58,724 nucleotides of DNA. Origin: an uncultured archaeon. Its GTDB lineage: Archaea; Altiarchaeota; Altiarchaeia; JAFGQM01. Within the stretch, counting starts at the first letter, position 1; every line of letters starts with the position of its first letter. The stretch is from contig CAZUDQ010000002.1 of the NCBI GenBank assembly GCA_964619365.1, positions 132,815-191,538 on the forward strand. The letters are read 5' to 3'. Of this stretch, positions 38,470 through 46,964 are shown one piece after another. A program made the position numbers and the translations under genes. The notes under the pieces are model-generated. The model saw only the letters and a program-made list of their open reading frames with translations, did no database searches and was not told the origin of the DNA.

Positions 38470-39615
38470 TTACATATTCAATTCGAATATATCCCCTTCT
38501 ACTAAGATATGCTTCTTGCCCACTCTTTGTCCATCATATTTCACACTTTTGCCCCATATCCGTCCGAACTTAAAGTTCTTTGCAAAGTCCTTGTGAATCT
38601 TTTTTGCAACAGTTAGCATATTTGTACCTATCGGGACTACAAGGGGTTCAGAATCGGGAGTATCGATTGTATAAACACGCATAAGCTCTGAGATATTCCA
38701 GATTTCTTTTCTTAAATATCCAATGTTCTCATGCTCAGTAATAGAAACTGCAATCACTTCCATATTATACCTGCGTTTGATTATGCGCGTTATGGCTTTT
38801 ACTTGTTCTGGTGTTGCAATATCAATTTTATTAAGTATAACAAAGCCCTTCTTCCAGACTGTGCTTATGTCTATTGCGTCAACAAAGGTCTCAAGACCCA
38901 TACTGCGGTTTATCCTGATGTCAGCATTTAGTATGCCAAAATCACGGCAAGTCTCAATGGCGTCTTTCTTATCGCACGTGAGAAGATGTTCACCGAGTAA
39001 GACAATTCCGCCCCTTTCCTTCTTTTTTACGCGCACATCAGGACGTTCTTGGTTTACCCTTATCCCAGCGGCTTCAAATTCATGCATAAGACGATCAAGG
39101 CGTTCCAGGGGCTTATTGTCCATTGAAAGGAAAAATGCTATGATATCACTGTTTCGCATGACTGTAAGAAACCTCTTACCCATTCCCTTGTCATTAGCCG
39201 CACCAGTAATAAGTCCAGGAAGGTCAACAAGCTGGAGGGCGACATCGCCAAGATCAAGCATCCCTACATTAGGTTCGACTGTTGTAAACTCGTAATTTGC
39301 AACCTTTGGATCCGCATTTGTTATCTCGGAAAGAAGACTTGATTTTCCGGCGTTCGGAAAACCCGCAAAGACAATCTGGGCAGCACCCTGCTTTCTGATA
39401 TTTATTTCAGTTGCCCCGCCAGCCTTTCCTTTCTTGGCCTGAGCATCTCGTAGAAGGGCAAGCTTACGTTTAAGCATGCCGCGCTCCTTTTCAGTACCTT
39501 TATGTTTAGGAATTGATGAAACGTACTCTTCTAAGTACTTTATCTTATCGTTATCGTTTGTAGCCGCATCATATTTTTTAAATGCAGCCATAGTTTGAGA
39601 TGGCGCGTTTGGCAT
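38470..39615 (-). CDS. Obg/DRG-family GTP-binding protein with TGS domain
   Basis: PKHKGTE, GFPNAGKS, YEFTT, DLPG, NKID, IWGKS..GQRVG..H.L..GD. Confidence 0.93.
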   Translation of the reverse strand: MPNAPSQTMAAFKKYDAATNDNDKIKYLEEYVSSIPKHKGTEKERGMLKRKLALLRDAQAKKGKAGGATEINIRKQGAAQIVFAGFPNAGKSSLLSEITNADPKVANYEFTTVEPNVGMLDLGDVALQLVDLPGLITGAANDKGMGKRFLTVMRNSDIIAFFLSMDNKPLERLDRLMHEFEAAGIRVNQERPDVRVKKKERGGIVLLGEHLLTCDKKDAIETCRDFGILNADIRINRSMGLETFVDAIDISTVWKKGFVILNKIDIATPEQVKAITRIIKRRYNMEVIAVSITEHENIGYLRKEIWNISELMRVYTIDTPDSEPLVVPIGTNMLTVAKKIHKDFAKNFKFGRIWGKSVKYDGQRVGKKHILVEGDIFELNM

Positions 39616-39665
39616 ATTAAAGAATCTAAGCTTAATTTGAGAAATCCCTTAGAAAAGCTTAGTCC

Positions 39666-39712
39666 TTTATTGTGTCTAAGTTATAATAACAATACTCACC
39701 TTAGACAATAAA
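39666..39712. promoter_or_regulatory. imperfect inverted repeat TTTATTGTGTCTAAG...CTTAGACAATAAA in an AT-rich divergent intergenic region
   Basis: Perfect 8-bp core TGTCTAAG/CTTAGACA. A third TGTCTAA lies near 39805. Confidence 0.45.
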
Positions 39713-39895
39713 ATTCAGTCATACAATAAATTTTGTTGTGTAACATTCTTTTTAATAGCTTTTTTACATAAGTTTCTTTTAAATAAATGTTTTAAATAAC
39801 ATATGTCTAATAGCAACTAAGGGAATATACTTAATGGATTGGGTTTTTATAGGCGCTCCCATAATGATATCGGGTTAAAACCCGGGTGGAAGTAA

Positions 39896-40213
39896 ATGGA
39901 TGACGATCTTTTAGCGTTCTTTTTACAGGACAAGCCGGCACGTATCCTGCTTGTTATGGCGGAGTCTGGGAAGACTTATCCTGCCGATGTTTCAAAGGCT
40001 CTTGCTGCAACTTATTCTCACATTGTAAGGGTCATTCAAAAGCTTGAGATTTATGGTCTTATCAAGTCTACAAAAGAGGGCCGCACCAAGTACATTGAAC
40101 TCACTGATGCGGGTCAGGAAGTTGCCAGTGCACTTAAGTCATTAAACGAGGCACTCACACGCGTCCAGGAGCGTCTTGCTGACTCAAAAAGGCCTGCTGA
40201 AAAGCTTGAATAA
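39896..40213 (+). CDS. MarR-like winged-helix DNA-binding protein
   Basis: KP..IL, TYSHIVRVIQKLE..GLI...KEGRTKYIELT..G. Confidence 0.88.
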   Translation: MDDDLLAFFLQDKPARILLVMAESGKTYPADVSKALAATYSHIVRVIQKLEIYGLIKSTKEGRTKYIELTDAGQEVASALKSLNEALTRVQERLADSKRPAEKLE

Positions 40214-40266
40214 GCTATTTTTCTAAAAACTGCTGATTTTAACGAGTTTGTAGCTTTGCTTTTTTC

Positions 40267-40876
40267 GCATCAGTTTTCCGATGCGCATCAAAATTCTGAT
40301 GTTCCTGAAATTTTGCGAAAAATCTGGCCTTTTCAGACAATTTTTAGGCATTTGTGATCGCTTGACTTTGCCTATATAAAGACATCAAAATTCTGAGGCA
40401 CTAAACACAAAAATTGGCCAAAAAAGCCCCCTTGAGCATAAACCTATGTGTTTTGGGCCTGTTTTTCGCATAATCACGGGTGTTCGACGGGGGTATAAAA
40501 AAGCCTCAGAAAACTGAGGTAAGGGGTTCAAATGCATTATGGCTTACATCCTTATTGCCTCAGAAATCTGAGGCACCAAAAATAAAGCTATGTTACAAAA
40601 CTGCCAAATCTTGCGATTTTAGTCAAAACTGCCAATTTAACGCATCAGAAAATTGAGGCACTACGATACCTCAAAAAACTGATGCGAAAAACTGCCAAAA
40701 ACAGCCTGTTTTGAATGCCAAATACCCCAGGGTATTTGCATGAAATAATCCAAGCCATAAATGATATGGCCGACGCGTGTCACTTTTTAAAAAAATACCA
40801 TTGACTAGTGCTCATGGGGGAGGATTTAGCCTTTAATACCCCAGATTCAAGTTTAATCGCATCAGTTATCTGAGGC
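40267..40876. repeat. array of eight 18-bp palindromes, consensus RC[AC]TCAR-W4-YTGA[GT]GY
   Basis: Copies start at 40267, 40285, 40382, 40503, 40557, 40642, 40668 and 40859, in a region with no ORF. Confidence 0.9.
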
Positions 40877-40894
40877 ATAAAAGGAGAAACCCAA

Positions 40895-41314
40895 ATGTTT
40901 GATTGGCATAAAGCGTATGAATCTCAGGATCTAAAGGATATAGTCTACTTATTTTTAGACTCTACATTGCGGCAGGAAGCGGGCTTAAAAATCGTTGAAA
41001 TGTTACTTTTAAAGCCTGACGCGCGGCGCGGAAAAATTCTTGATGATTTAGGTGGGGAAAATGGTTATTCAAAAGCAACACTAGAGCGCACGCTGCATGA
41101 TTTAGAAACAATAGGACTCATTTCAAGTGAAGGAAAATACTTAAAAACAGGGCGTTATCGGGTCAATTTTACGCGCTTTTCAGGCTCGCTTTCAAGACTC
41201 TCAAGAACTATTAAAAAGGTTGAAACTGAGTCAGGGGATAAGCAAAAAAAGATATCAGATAGCATTAATGAAACAGATGTTAGTAAAGGAGAGTATCCAG
41301 TTAAATCTTATTGA
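40895..41314 (+). CDS. winged-helix DNA-binding protein (candidate binder of the palindrome array)
   Basis: SKATLERTLHDLETIGLI...GRYRV. AAGGAG SD upstream. Palindrome copy 8 ends 18 bp before the ATG. Confidence 0.75.
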   Translation: MFDWHKAYESQDLKDIVYLFLDSTLRQEAGLKIVEMLLLKPDARRGKILDDLGGENGYSKATLERTLHDLETIGLISSEGKYLKTGRYRVNFTRFSGSLSRLSRTIKKVETESGDKQKKISDSINETDVSKGEYPVKSY

Positions 41315-41315
41315 C

Positions 41316-41400
41316 TAAATGTTATTAATTAAGTATTAATTATAATATTTAATATAATATATCTTTTAGATTACATGTTATTAATAATACTAATTATTTT
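41316..41400. other. extremely AT-rich element (candidate DNA-unwinding element)
   Basis: 7 G/C in 85 nt by hand count. ATGTTATTAAT occurs at 41319 and 41375. Confidence 0.55.
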
Positions 41401-41457
41401 TCTCAATGTGAGGATAAACACGGGTTTTATATCCATGATATAACTAGATTTGTAAAG

Positions 41458-42195
41458 ATGACACAATGGAGTACTAATCCCTTTGATTTATTTATAAACA
41501 GTTCAAAGGTTAAGGAAACTTATATTAACCTGATTCATGACACTCATTCTTTAGTAGGTGAATTGATGTCAAAAAAACGAGAATATGAAGTAATGGCAGC
41601 TAGGCCTTCGGATCGGGAGTCTATAAAAAAGGCTAGAAGTCTACATTTTCAGATAATGATATTATTGTCAATAAATGCCGAATACCTTCTAAAAGCTATT
41701 CTATTGAAACGGGGTTATGTTATAAATCAGGTTAGTTTAGGTTATCAACCAAAATTCAATGAAGAATTCAGAACCCGTCTAGGCGAGTTTTCTCCAAGAA
41801 CCCAAGGAGATCTAAACCAATTGTATATAGAAGCTACACTAGCGATAACCCCAATATGTTCCTATACTGAAAAATTAATAAGTTTGGAGACCTCTAGTCA
41901 AATATTCGAAGAAAGTAATTCTGAGGGTTATTATGAAACTATAGGTACAATGCCCATAAGTACTGGAAATTATTTGGGTAAGTTTAATGAATTGTCTGCA
42001 GATAACTTCTTACAGGTTATAAAGAAAATTAGGAACCGCTACCCCCACAGGCTTGAGTCATATTCTGAGATACAGGGAATTCCTTGGTATTTATATAATT
42101 TTATATTATGGGCCGCACGAAAAGAATTTCCAAATTATTTTGAGGATTTAGAGTATGTGGGTAGCGATGATGTTAAAACCCTATTTGAGAGATAA
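41458..42195 (+). CDS. putative HEPN-domain RNase/toxin
   Basis: N-terminal AEYLLKA and C-terminal RNRYPH (R-x4-H). AT-rich coding sequence. Confidence 0.6.
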   Translation: MTQWSTNPFDLFINSSKVKETYINLIHDTHSLVGELMSKKREYEVMAARPSDRESIKKARSLHFQIMILLSINAEYLLKAILLKRGYVINQVSLGYQPKFNEEFRTRLGEFSPRTQGDLNQLYIEATLAITPICSYTEKLISLETSSQIFEESNSEGYYETIGTMPISTGNYLGKFNELSADNFLQVIKKIRNRYPHRLESYSEIQGIPWYLYNFILWAARKEFPNYFEDLEYVGSDDVKTLFER

Positions 42196-42203
42196 ATGTA
42201 AAG

Positions 42204-42530
42204 TTAAAGACCACAGAAAACCTTTATAAGACTTATAACTATAAAGAATAATCCCACATAATCAAAGTATAGTCTGTGTTCCCATAATTTATTAGATCTT
42301 GAAAGTATTACTGGGATGGCTATGAAAAAAATCCCAATAGCAAAAAATATGGAAGCATCGCCCATTATTTGCATATTTTCAACGAGTTTATTGCCTTGTC
42401 TATCAAGAGCAAGGTAATTCCCCAAATAACCAGCATAAACTGATCTTAGGACTAAAAGAACACTAAATAGGAATATAATTTTAGTAATACGATTCTCTTT
42501 AGCAACTATTATTTCTTCTTTACGGGACAT
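42204..42530 (-). CDS. hypothetical membrane protein (3 TM)
   Basis: Three hydrophobic segments; low GC. Confidence 0.6.
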   Translation of the reverse strand: MSRKEEIIVAKENRITKIIFLFSVLLVLRSVYAGYLGNYLALDRQGNKLVENMQIMGDASIFFAIGIFFIAIPVILSRSNKLWEHRLYFDYVGLFFIVISLIKVFCGL

Positions 42531-42919
42531 TTTATCGAGCGTTGAGTTACATCATAAGTTCGGTTACCTGATAAATCTGTTAATTTGGCTTTTGCAAAGA
42601 ATTCCTTGCCCAGATTATTGTCACAATACTCATCCAGTTCACTAGCTCCACAAGGAATTGTTCCTTTGTTGCATGAATATAATGGACCAGAACAAGATAT
42701 ACCAATATCAGTTTCGATAAATACCATATAATCAGCAAGTATATTAAATGGCGGTATATCTCTAAAATCAATGCCAGAAATTGTAAGTTTTTCATTATTA
42801 CATGTAACTGCAATACCTTGCGACTTTTCTATCTTTTGACCAAAATAAACAAGTAACAGTAAAGCTATTGCGAAAACAATAACTATTAAAATCCCGGAGT
42901 TTCCACGATTAGCAGTCAT
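42509..42919 (-). CDS. membrane-anchored hypothetical protein (possible class III signal peptide)
   Basis: NRG followed by a hydrophobic stretch, then a Cys-containing beta domain. Confidence 0.55.
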   Translation of the reverse strand: MTANRGNSGILIVIVFAIALLLLVYFGQKIEKSQGIAVTCNNEKLTISGIDFRDIPPFNILADYMVFIETDIGISCSGPLYSCNKGTIPCGASELDEYCDNNLGKEFFAKAKLTDLSGNRTYDVTQRSIKCPVKKK

Positions 42920-42938
42920 TTTAGTAATTCTGTAATAT

Positions 42939-43211
42939 CTATTTTACATATTTCTCAGGCAGCTCATCAATATGTTTCTGTATCTCTTTTCCGAGTTCTG
43001 TGAGAACATAAACGCGCCATCGCTTAGCTTCCGGATTTGCGCATTCTGCTATGTCCTGCTTGATGAAGTCTGCAAGTGTATGGCTGACATATGAAGAATA
43101 CATTCCAGTTGCCTTTGCTATCTGAGAAGGCACCATTGGCGTAGTCATACACTTTAAGATTTCTGTTCTATGTGATGATCTCATCACAAAGGAATAAGCA
43201 TTCCAATCCAT
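42939..43211 (-). CDS. small ArsR-like winged-helix regulator
   Basis: S.HR..IL...PMVPSQIA...VSHTL...C.NPEAK..RVY.LT..G. Confidence 0.85.
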   Translation of the reverse strand: MDWNAYSFVMRSSHRTEILKCMTTPMVPSQIAKATGMYSSYVSHTLADFIKQDIAECANPEAKRWRVYVLTELGKEIQKHIDELPEKYVK

Positions 43212-43344
43212 AAGCTATTTTCCATCTGCATTAAAAAATGGTTATTTGCTAACTTAATGTTGAGTAAGTGTTAGATTAGTGTTTTTTAAGATAAAACTTG
43301 AAGATAACTATGTGAATAGATAAAATAGTTTAAATTATCGTAAA

Positions 43345-43578
43345 ATGGAACCAAAAGAAAGAATCCCTCAATTGCTTGGGCTACTTAAGGAAAGATGGGA
43401 AGATGCGCCAGCGATGCGCTTTGGGCAGCTTCTTGTGAACTTAGGGATTGTAACAGACAGTGCGCACAACTGGAATATCGAGGATGATGTTGTGATGGAG
43501 ATGCTGGGTGGAGCTGGATCCTTTAGTAATCCTAGCCCAAAATTAACAAAAGCAATAGACTCTGCAAGAGAACTTTAA
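43345..43578 (+). CDS. YihD/DUF1040-like small protein (phage-associated type)
   Basis: RI..LL.LL...W...P.MRFGQL...IEDD. Confidence 0.55.
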   Translation: MEPKERIPQLLGLLKERWEDAPAMRFGQLLVNLGIVTDSAHNWNIEDDVVMEMLGGAGSFSNPSPKLTKAIDSAREL

Positions 43579-43690
43579 TATAGGACTTCGGGGTAGGGGA
43601 TACAAAAATAAAACCCTTTGAAATTTTGTAGAGCCTAATGAAAGTAAGTTTTTATTCTCGCCCCAATAACAATTAGGCAAACTATTTAAA

Positions 43691-44092
43691 ATGGCCGCAA
43701 AGAAAAAAACTGCTAAAATCCCGAAGAAAACCGGTAGCATTGAAGACGAACTTCGAAGGATTGAGGCCGAAGAAAAAGCGATTTTTGTTGAGGAAAAACG
43801 CATTGAAGAAAAAGAAGATCTCTTACGCTCGTTTGAAGAACTTGGACTTATGCGTTGGAAGAGCTACTATATCCTTACAGCAGGGGCAATACTCCTTCTT
43901 GCATTAACATTTGTTACAAGCCTTTGGGTCATGAACGACCAGCTTTCAAACATGCAGACAAGCATGGATACAATCGAGGCTAAGATTGATGCTCTTGACG
44001 TAGGTGGAGTTATTGGTAATGTTCCAGCAGAATACTTTATGATTGCAGAGACTGAAGGACCAACTGAGGTTCTAACGCCTCCGGGTTCTTAA
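43691..44092 (+). CDS. hypothetical single-TM coiled-coil protein
   Basis: E/K-rich coil, one TM, short coil. Confidence 0.6.
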   Translation: MAAKKKTAKIPKKTGSIEDELRRIEAEEKAIFVEEKRIEEKEDLLRSFEELGLMRWKSYYILTAGAILLLALTFVTSLWVMNDQLSNMQTSMDTIEAKIDALDVGGVIGNVPAEYFMIAETEGPTEVLTPPGS

Positions 44093-44095
44093 ATT

Positions 44096-45019
44096 TTATA
44101 TTTCGACTTCAAGGAAGTCAACTGCAGCACGGGAGTTTTTGAATACTCCCTTAGCTTCTTTTTCTAATACTTTTTCGTCAGTATACCTTTGTGAAAAGTG
44201 GGTTAGTATCAATTCCTTAACATTAGCCTTAATTGCCACTTCTGCTGCCTGTTTTGCTGTCGAGTGCCCTGCTTTATCAGCTGAGGCCGCGAGTTCATCA
44301 AGAAGTGTTGACTCATGGATGAGGAGATCTGCATCCTGCGATAGGCTAATTCCTTCTGGACAGGGAATCGTATCTGAGCAATAAGCTAGCTTTCGTGTCA
44401 CTTTAGCAGGCCCTAAAACTTCTTTTGCCTCGATTTTCCTCCCATCTTTAAGGACGATATCCACCCCGGCTTGCAACTGAGAAAATAAAGGACCTTCCGG
44501 AACGCCTAAGGAAATCGCCTTTTCGCGATTAAATTTATGTTTATGAGTCTCTTCAATAGAATAACCGACACATGGGACACTATGCCTAAGGGGGGCGCAT
44601 TTTAAGGTCACATCATTATCAGAAAAGAATGTCTCAATTCCCTTGGGGTCAAGTTCTGTTATCTCAAGGTCAAAGCCTTCAAGGACAAAATGCCCTGTTG
44701 AAATGACTTTTTGAATGACATCATGAGTGCCTTTTGGGCCGCATATCTCAAGAGGCTCAGTTCTCTCAAAAAGATCCATAGTCTGAATAAGGCCACCGAG
44801 GCCCAGGCAATGGTCTGCATGAAAGTGTGTTATTAAGATTTTATCAAGCTTCATGAAAGGAAGGCCGGCCTTTCTCATCTGACGCTGGGTTCCTTCGCCA
44901 CAATCAAGAAGATATCTATGTCCGCGCCATTCAAACCAAACTGCAGGAAGCCCTCTTTCTTTTGTTGGAACAGACCCTCCCGTCCCTAAAAATACTACTT
45001 TCATATCTTTTTTAGTCAT
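44096..45019 (-). CDS. rnz: ribonuclease Z
   Basis: DCGEGTQRQ, THFHADH, GP exosite (LGVPEGP), DT, HEST, HST, THFSQRY. Confidence 0.95.
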   Translation of the reverse strand: MTKKDMKVVFLGTGGSVPTKERGLPAVWFEWRGHRYLLDCGEGTQRQMRKAGLPFMKLDKILITHFHADHCLGLGGLIQTMDLFERTEPLEICGPKGTHDVIQKVISTGHFVLEGFDLEITELDPKGIETFFSDNDVTLKCAPLRHSVPCVGYSIEETHKHKFNREKAISLGVPEGPLFSQLQAGVDIVLKDGRKIEAKEVLGPAKVTRKLAYCSDTIPCPEGISLSQDADLLIHESTLLDELAASADKAGHSTAKQAAEVAIKANVKELILTHFSQRYTDEKVLEKEAKGVFKNSRAAVDFLEVEI

Positions 45020-45078
45020 TATTATATTGTGCGCTATTTTTTTGGCTCACCCTTCAAAAACACGTTGAATAAACTAAG

Positions 45079-46122
45079 ATGGCCTTAAAAGAACTTTTGA
45101 TGAAGCTGTGTGACGCTGACGGTGTTTCAGGATATGAAGACGAGATTCGTGCTATTATGAAATCTGAGCTCTCCAAATGCGGAGATACAGAAATAGATTT
45201 GTTTGGCAATGTAATTTGTAAGATGGGTTCAGGAGCGCCTAAGGTCATGCTTGCAGCACATATGGACGAAATAGGTCTCCTAGTTAAGCATATCGATGAA
45301 AAGGGCTTTATTCGCTTTATAGACATGGGAGGGGTTGATGATGACACACTTCCCGCCTCAAGAGTAAAGATTATGACTGAAACTGGGCCAATACCAGCAA
45401 TCATAGGGTTTAAACCCCCCCACTTAAAGGATGCTGAAGAATTAAAAAAGAAGCTGGCCTTAAAAGAGATGTACATTGACACCGGACTTCCAGCCGAAGA
45501 CGTCAAAAAGAAAGTGCAAATCGGTGATGCAGTACTCTTCGAATCAAAATCTGAAGCGGTGGGCGACATGGTCATTGCAAAGGCCCTTGACAACCGCGCG
45601 GGCTGTGCGGCATTAATCGAAGCTATGAAAGCTCTTAAGAATTCAGGCTTTAAGGGAACTGTATACGGCGTTGGAACGGCTCAGGAAGAAATTGGCCTTA
45701 AAGGTGCAAGGACTTCGGCCCACACAATAGCTCCCGATTTTGCCCTTGCAATAGACACAGGTATCGCAGGTGATGTCCCGGATATAAACTCTGCGACTGA
45801 AACGGATTTAACAGTTGGTAAAGGACCTGCAATAACAGTTGTTGAATCATCAGGACGTGGTCTTGTCCCATGCCCACTTGTAAAAAAGCATCTTTTACGC
45901 TGCGCGCGCGATGCTAAAATTGACTATCAACTTGAAGCGACAAAAGGCGGCATGACAGATGCTGCAATAATATATATGTCAAATGGCGGAGTCAGGACAG
46001 GAGGAATCTCAATTCCAACAAGATACATACATTCGCCAAATTCCCTAGCTTCTGTAAAGGATGTTGAAAATGCAGCAAAACTTGTTGTAGAATTCGTAAA
46101 AAGGATAACTGAGATATACTGA
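45079..46122 (+). CDS. M42 (TET-like) aminopeptidase
   Basis: AAHMDEIG, ALDNR, QEEIGL.GA, GG.TDA, RYIHS. Confidence 0.93.
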   Translation: MALKELLMKLCDADGVSGYEDEIRAIMKSELSKCGDTEIDLFGNVICKMGSGAPKVMLAAHMDEIGLLVKHIDEKGFIRFIDMGGVDDDTLPASRVKIMTETGPIPAIIGFKPPHLKDAEELKKKLALKEMYIDTGLPAEDVKKKVQIGDAVLFESKSEAVGDMVIAKALDNRAGCAALIEAMKALKNSGFKGTVYGVGTAQEEIGLKGARTSAHTIAPDFALAIDTGIAGDVPDINSATETDLTVGKGPAITVVESSGRGLVPCPLVKKHLLRCARDAKIDYQLEATKGGMTDAAIIYMSNGGVRTGGISIPTRYIHSPNSLASVKDVENAAKLVVEFVKRITEIY

Positions 46123-46148
46123 ATTTATATATTCAGGAAACGGGCTTT

Positions 46149-46550
46149 TTAAGAAAAGCTAAGTTCAACAGACTCCGTATCAAAATGTCTTAGGACTGCC
46201 TCTTTTAGAAGCCTTATCTGACGCCCGGTTAAGTTATCGCGGTCTGAGCGCATAACTTCTATTAGGATTTTTGGACCGGAAACCGATATTGATTTTGCCC
46301 TTGCGTTTCCAAGGCCTTTTTCTATAAACTCGTGTGGGGTCTCTGCATTCTCAAAAACAGCAATGCGCTTTCCAAGGCGTTTTCTGGCATTTGAAATATT
46401 AGCTCCACCCTTGCCTATTGCTTTGCCTAGTTCGCCTTTTTCAACAATAAAACATATTGTCTCTTCAAGAGTAAAACAATCAGAAACATGAGTCCGCGTA
46501 AGCGACTCAAAAGCATTCATTAATTGAATGTCATCAGAATTTATAAGCAT
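46149..46550 (-). CDS. nusA: archaeal NusA (KH domains)
   Basis: FESLT...V.DC, G.LGKAIGKGGANI. Directly downstream of L30e. Confidence 0.9.
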   Translation of the reverse strand: MLINSDDIQLMNAFESLTRTHVSDCFTLEETICFIVEKGELGKAIGKGGANISNARKRLGKRIAVFENAETPHEFIEKGLGNARAKSISVSGPKILIEVMRSDRDNLTGRQIRLLKEAVLRHFDTESVELSFS

Positions 46551-46594
46551 CCTTATACACTTAGTCCTTAGTCAATAAAAAGAGAATAATAAAG

Positions 46595-46885
46595 TTAAGG
46601 TTCAAGTATTTTGCTTGAGCCTTCCTTCACAATTGCGATACACGCTACTGGAAACGGCTTTGCACAAACATATCCAAGCTCTTTTGTGTTCTCGGGGTAT
46701 TCCCAATATTTTATTCCCGAAAGATCGGAATATCTCTTAAAATCCTCTTTTGTAGACTGGGCAGCGCCTTTGGATATAATTACCATCTTAACCCCACCTG
46801 TCAAAAGTGCCTTTTTTATACTCTTTTCCCCAATGAGAATTTCTCCGTCCTTGAGGACTTTTTTCATTTCAGCTTCAAAGTTCAT
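46595..46885 (-). CDS. rpl30e: 50S ribosomal protein L30e
   Basis: G...IG.K, ELG..C.KPF, I...GSS.IL. Confidence 0.92.
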   Translation of the reverse strand: MNFEAEMKKVLKDGEILIGEKSIKKALLTGGVKMVIISKGAAQSTKEDFKRYSDLSGIKYWEYPENTKELGYVCAKPFPVACIAIVKEGSSKILEP

Positions 46886-46964
46886 TGTTACTCTAGTTGG
46901 AACCGTTTATTTGATATTAAATCGCCTAATTTGAGTGGAAGGATATAAAAACGCAAAGAAATCT

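Noticed and set aside
40214-40894. CRISPR array
   Set aside because: The repeats are only 18 bp, degenerate and irregularly spaced (18-191 bp). There are no cas genes in the window.
40214-40894. Canonical ORB/mini-ORB origin
   Set aside because: No TTCCAxTGGAA-type box and no cdc6/orc1 gene nearby. Only loose G-strings are present.
41380-41440. dif/Xer recombination site
   Set aside because: The ATAA-N6-TTAT match lacks dif-like arms. The nearby TTTTATA is better explained as the TATA box of the next gene.
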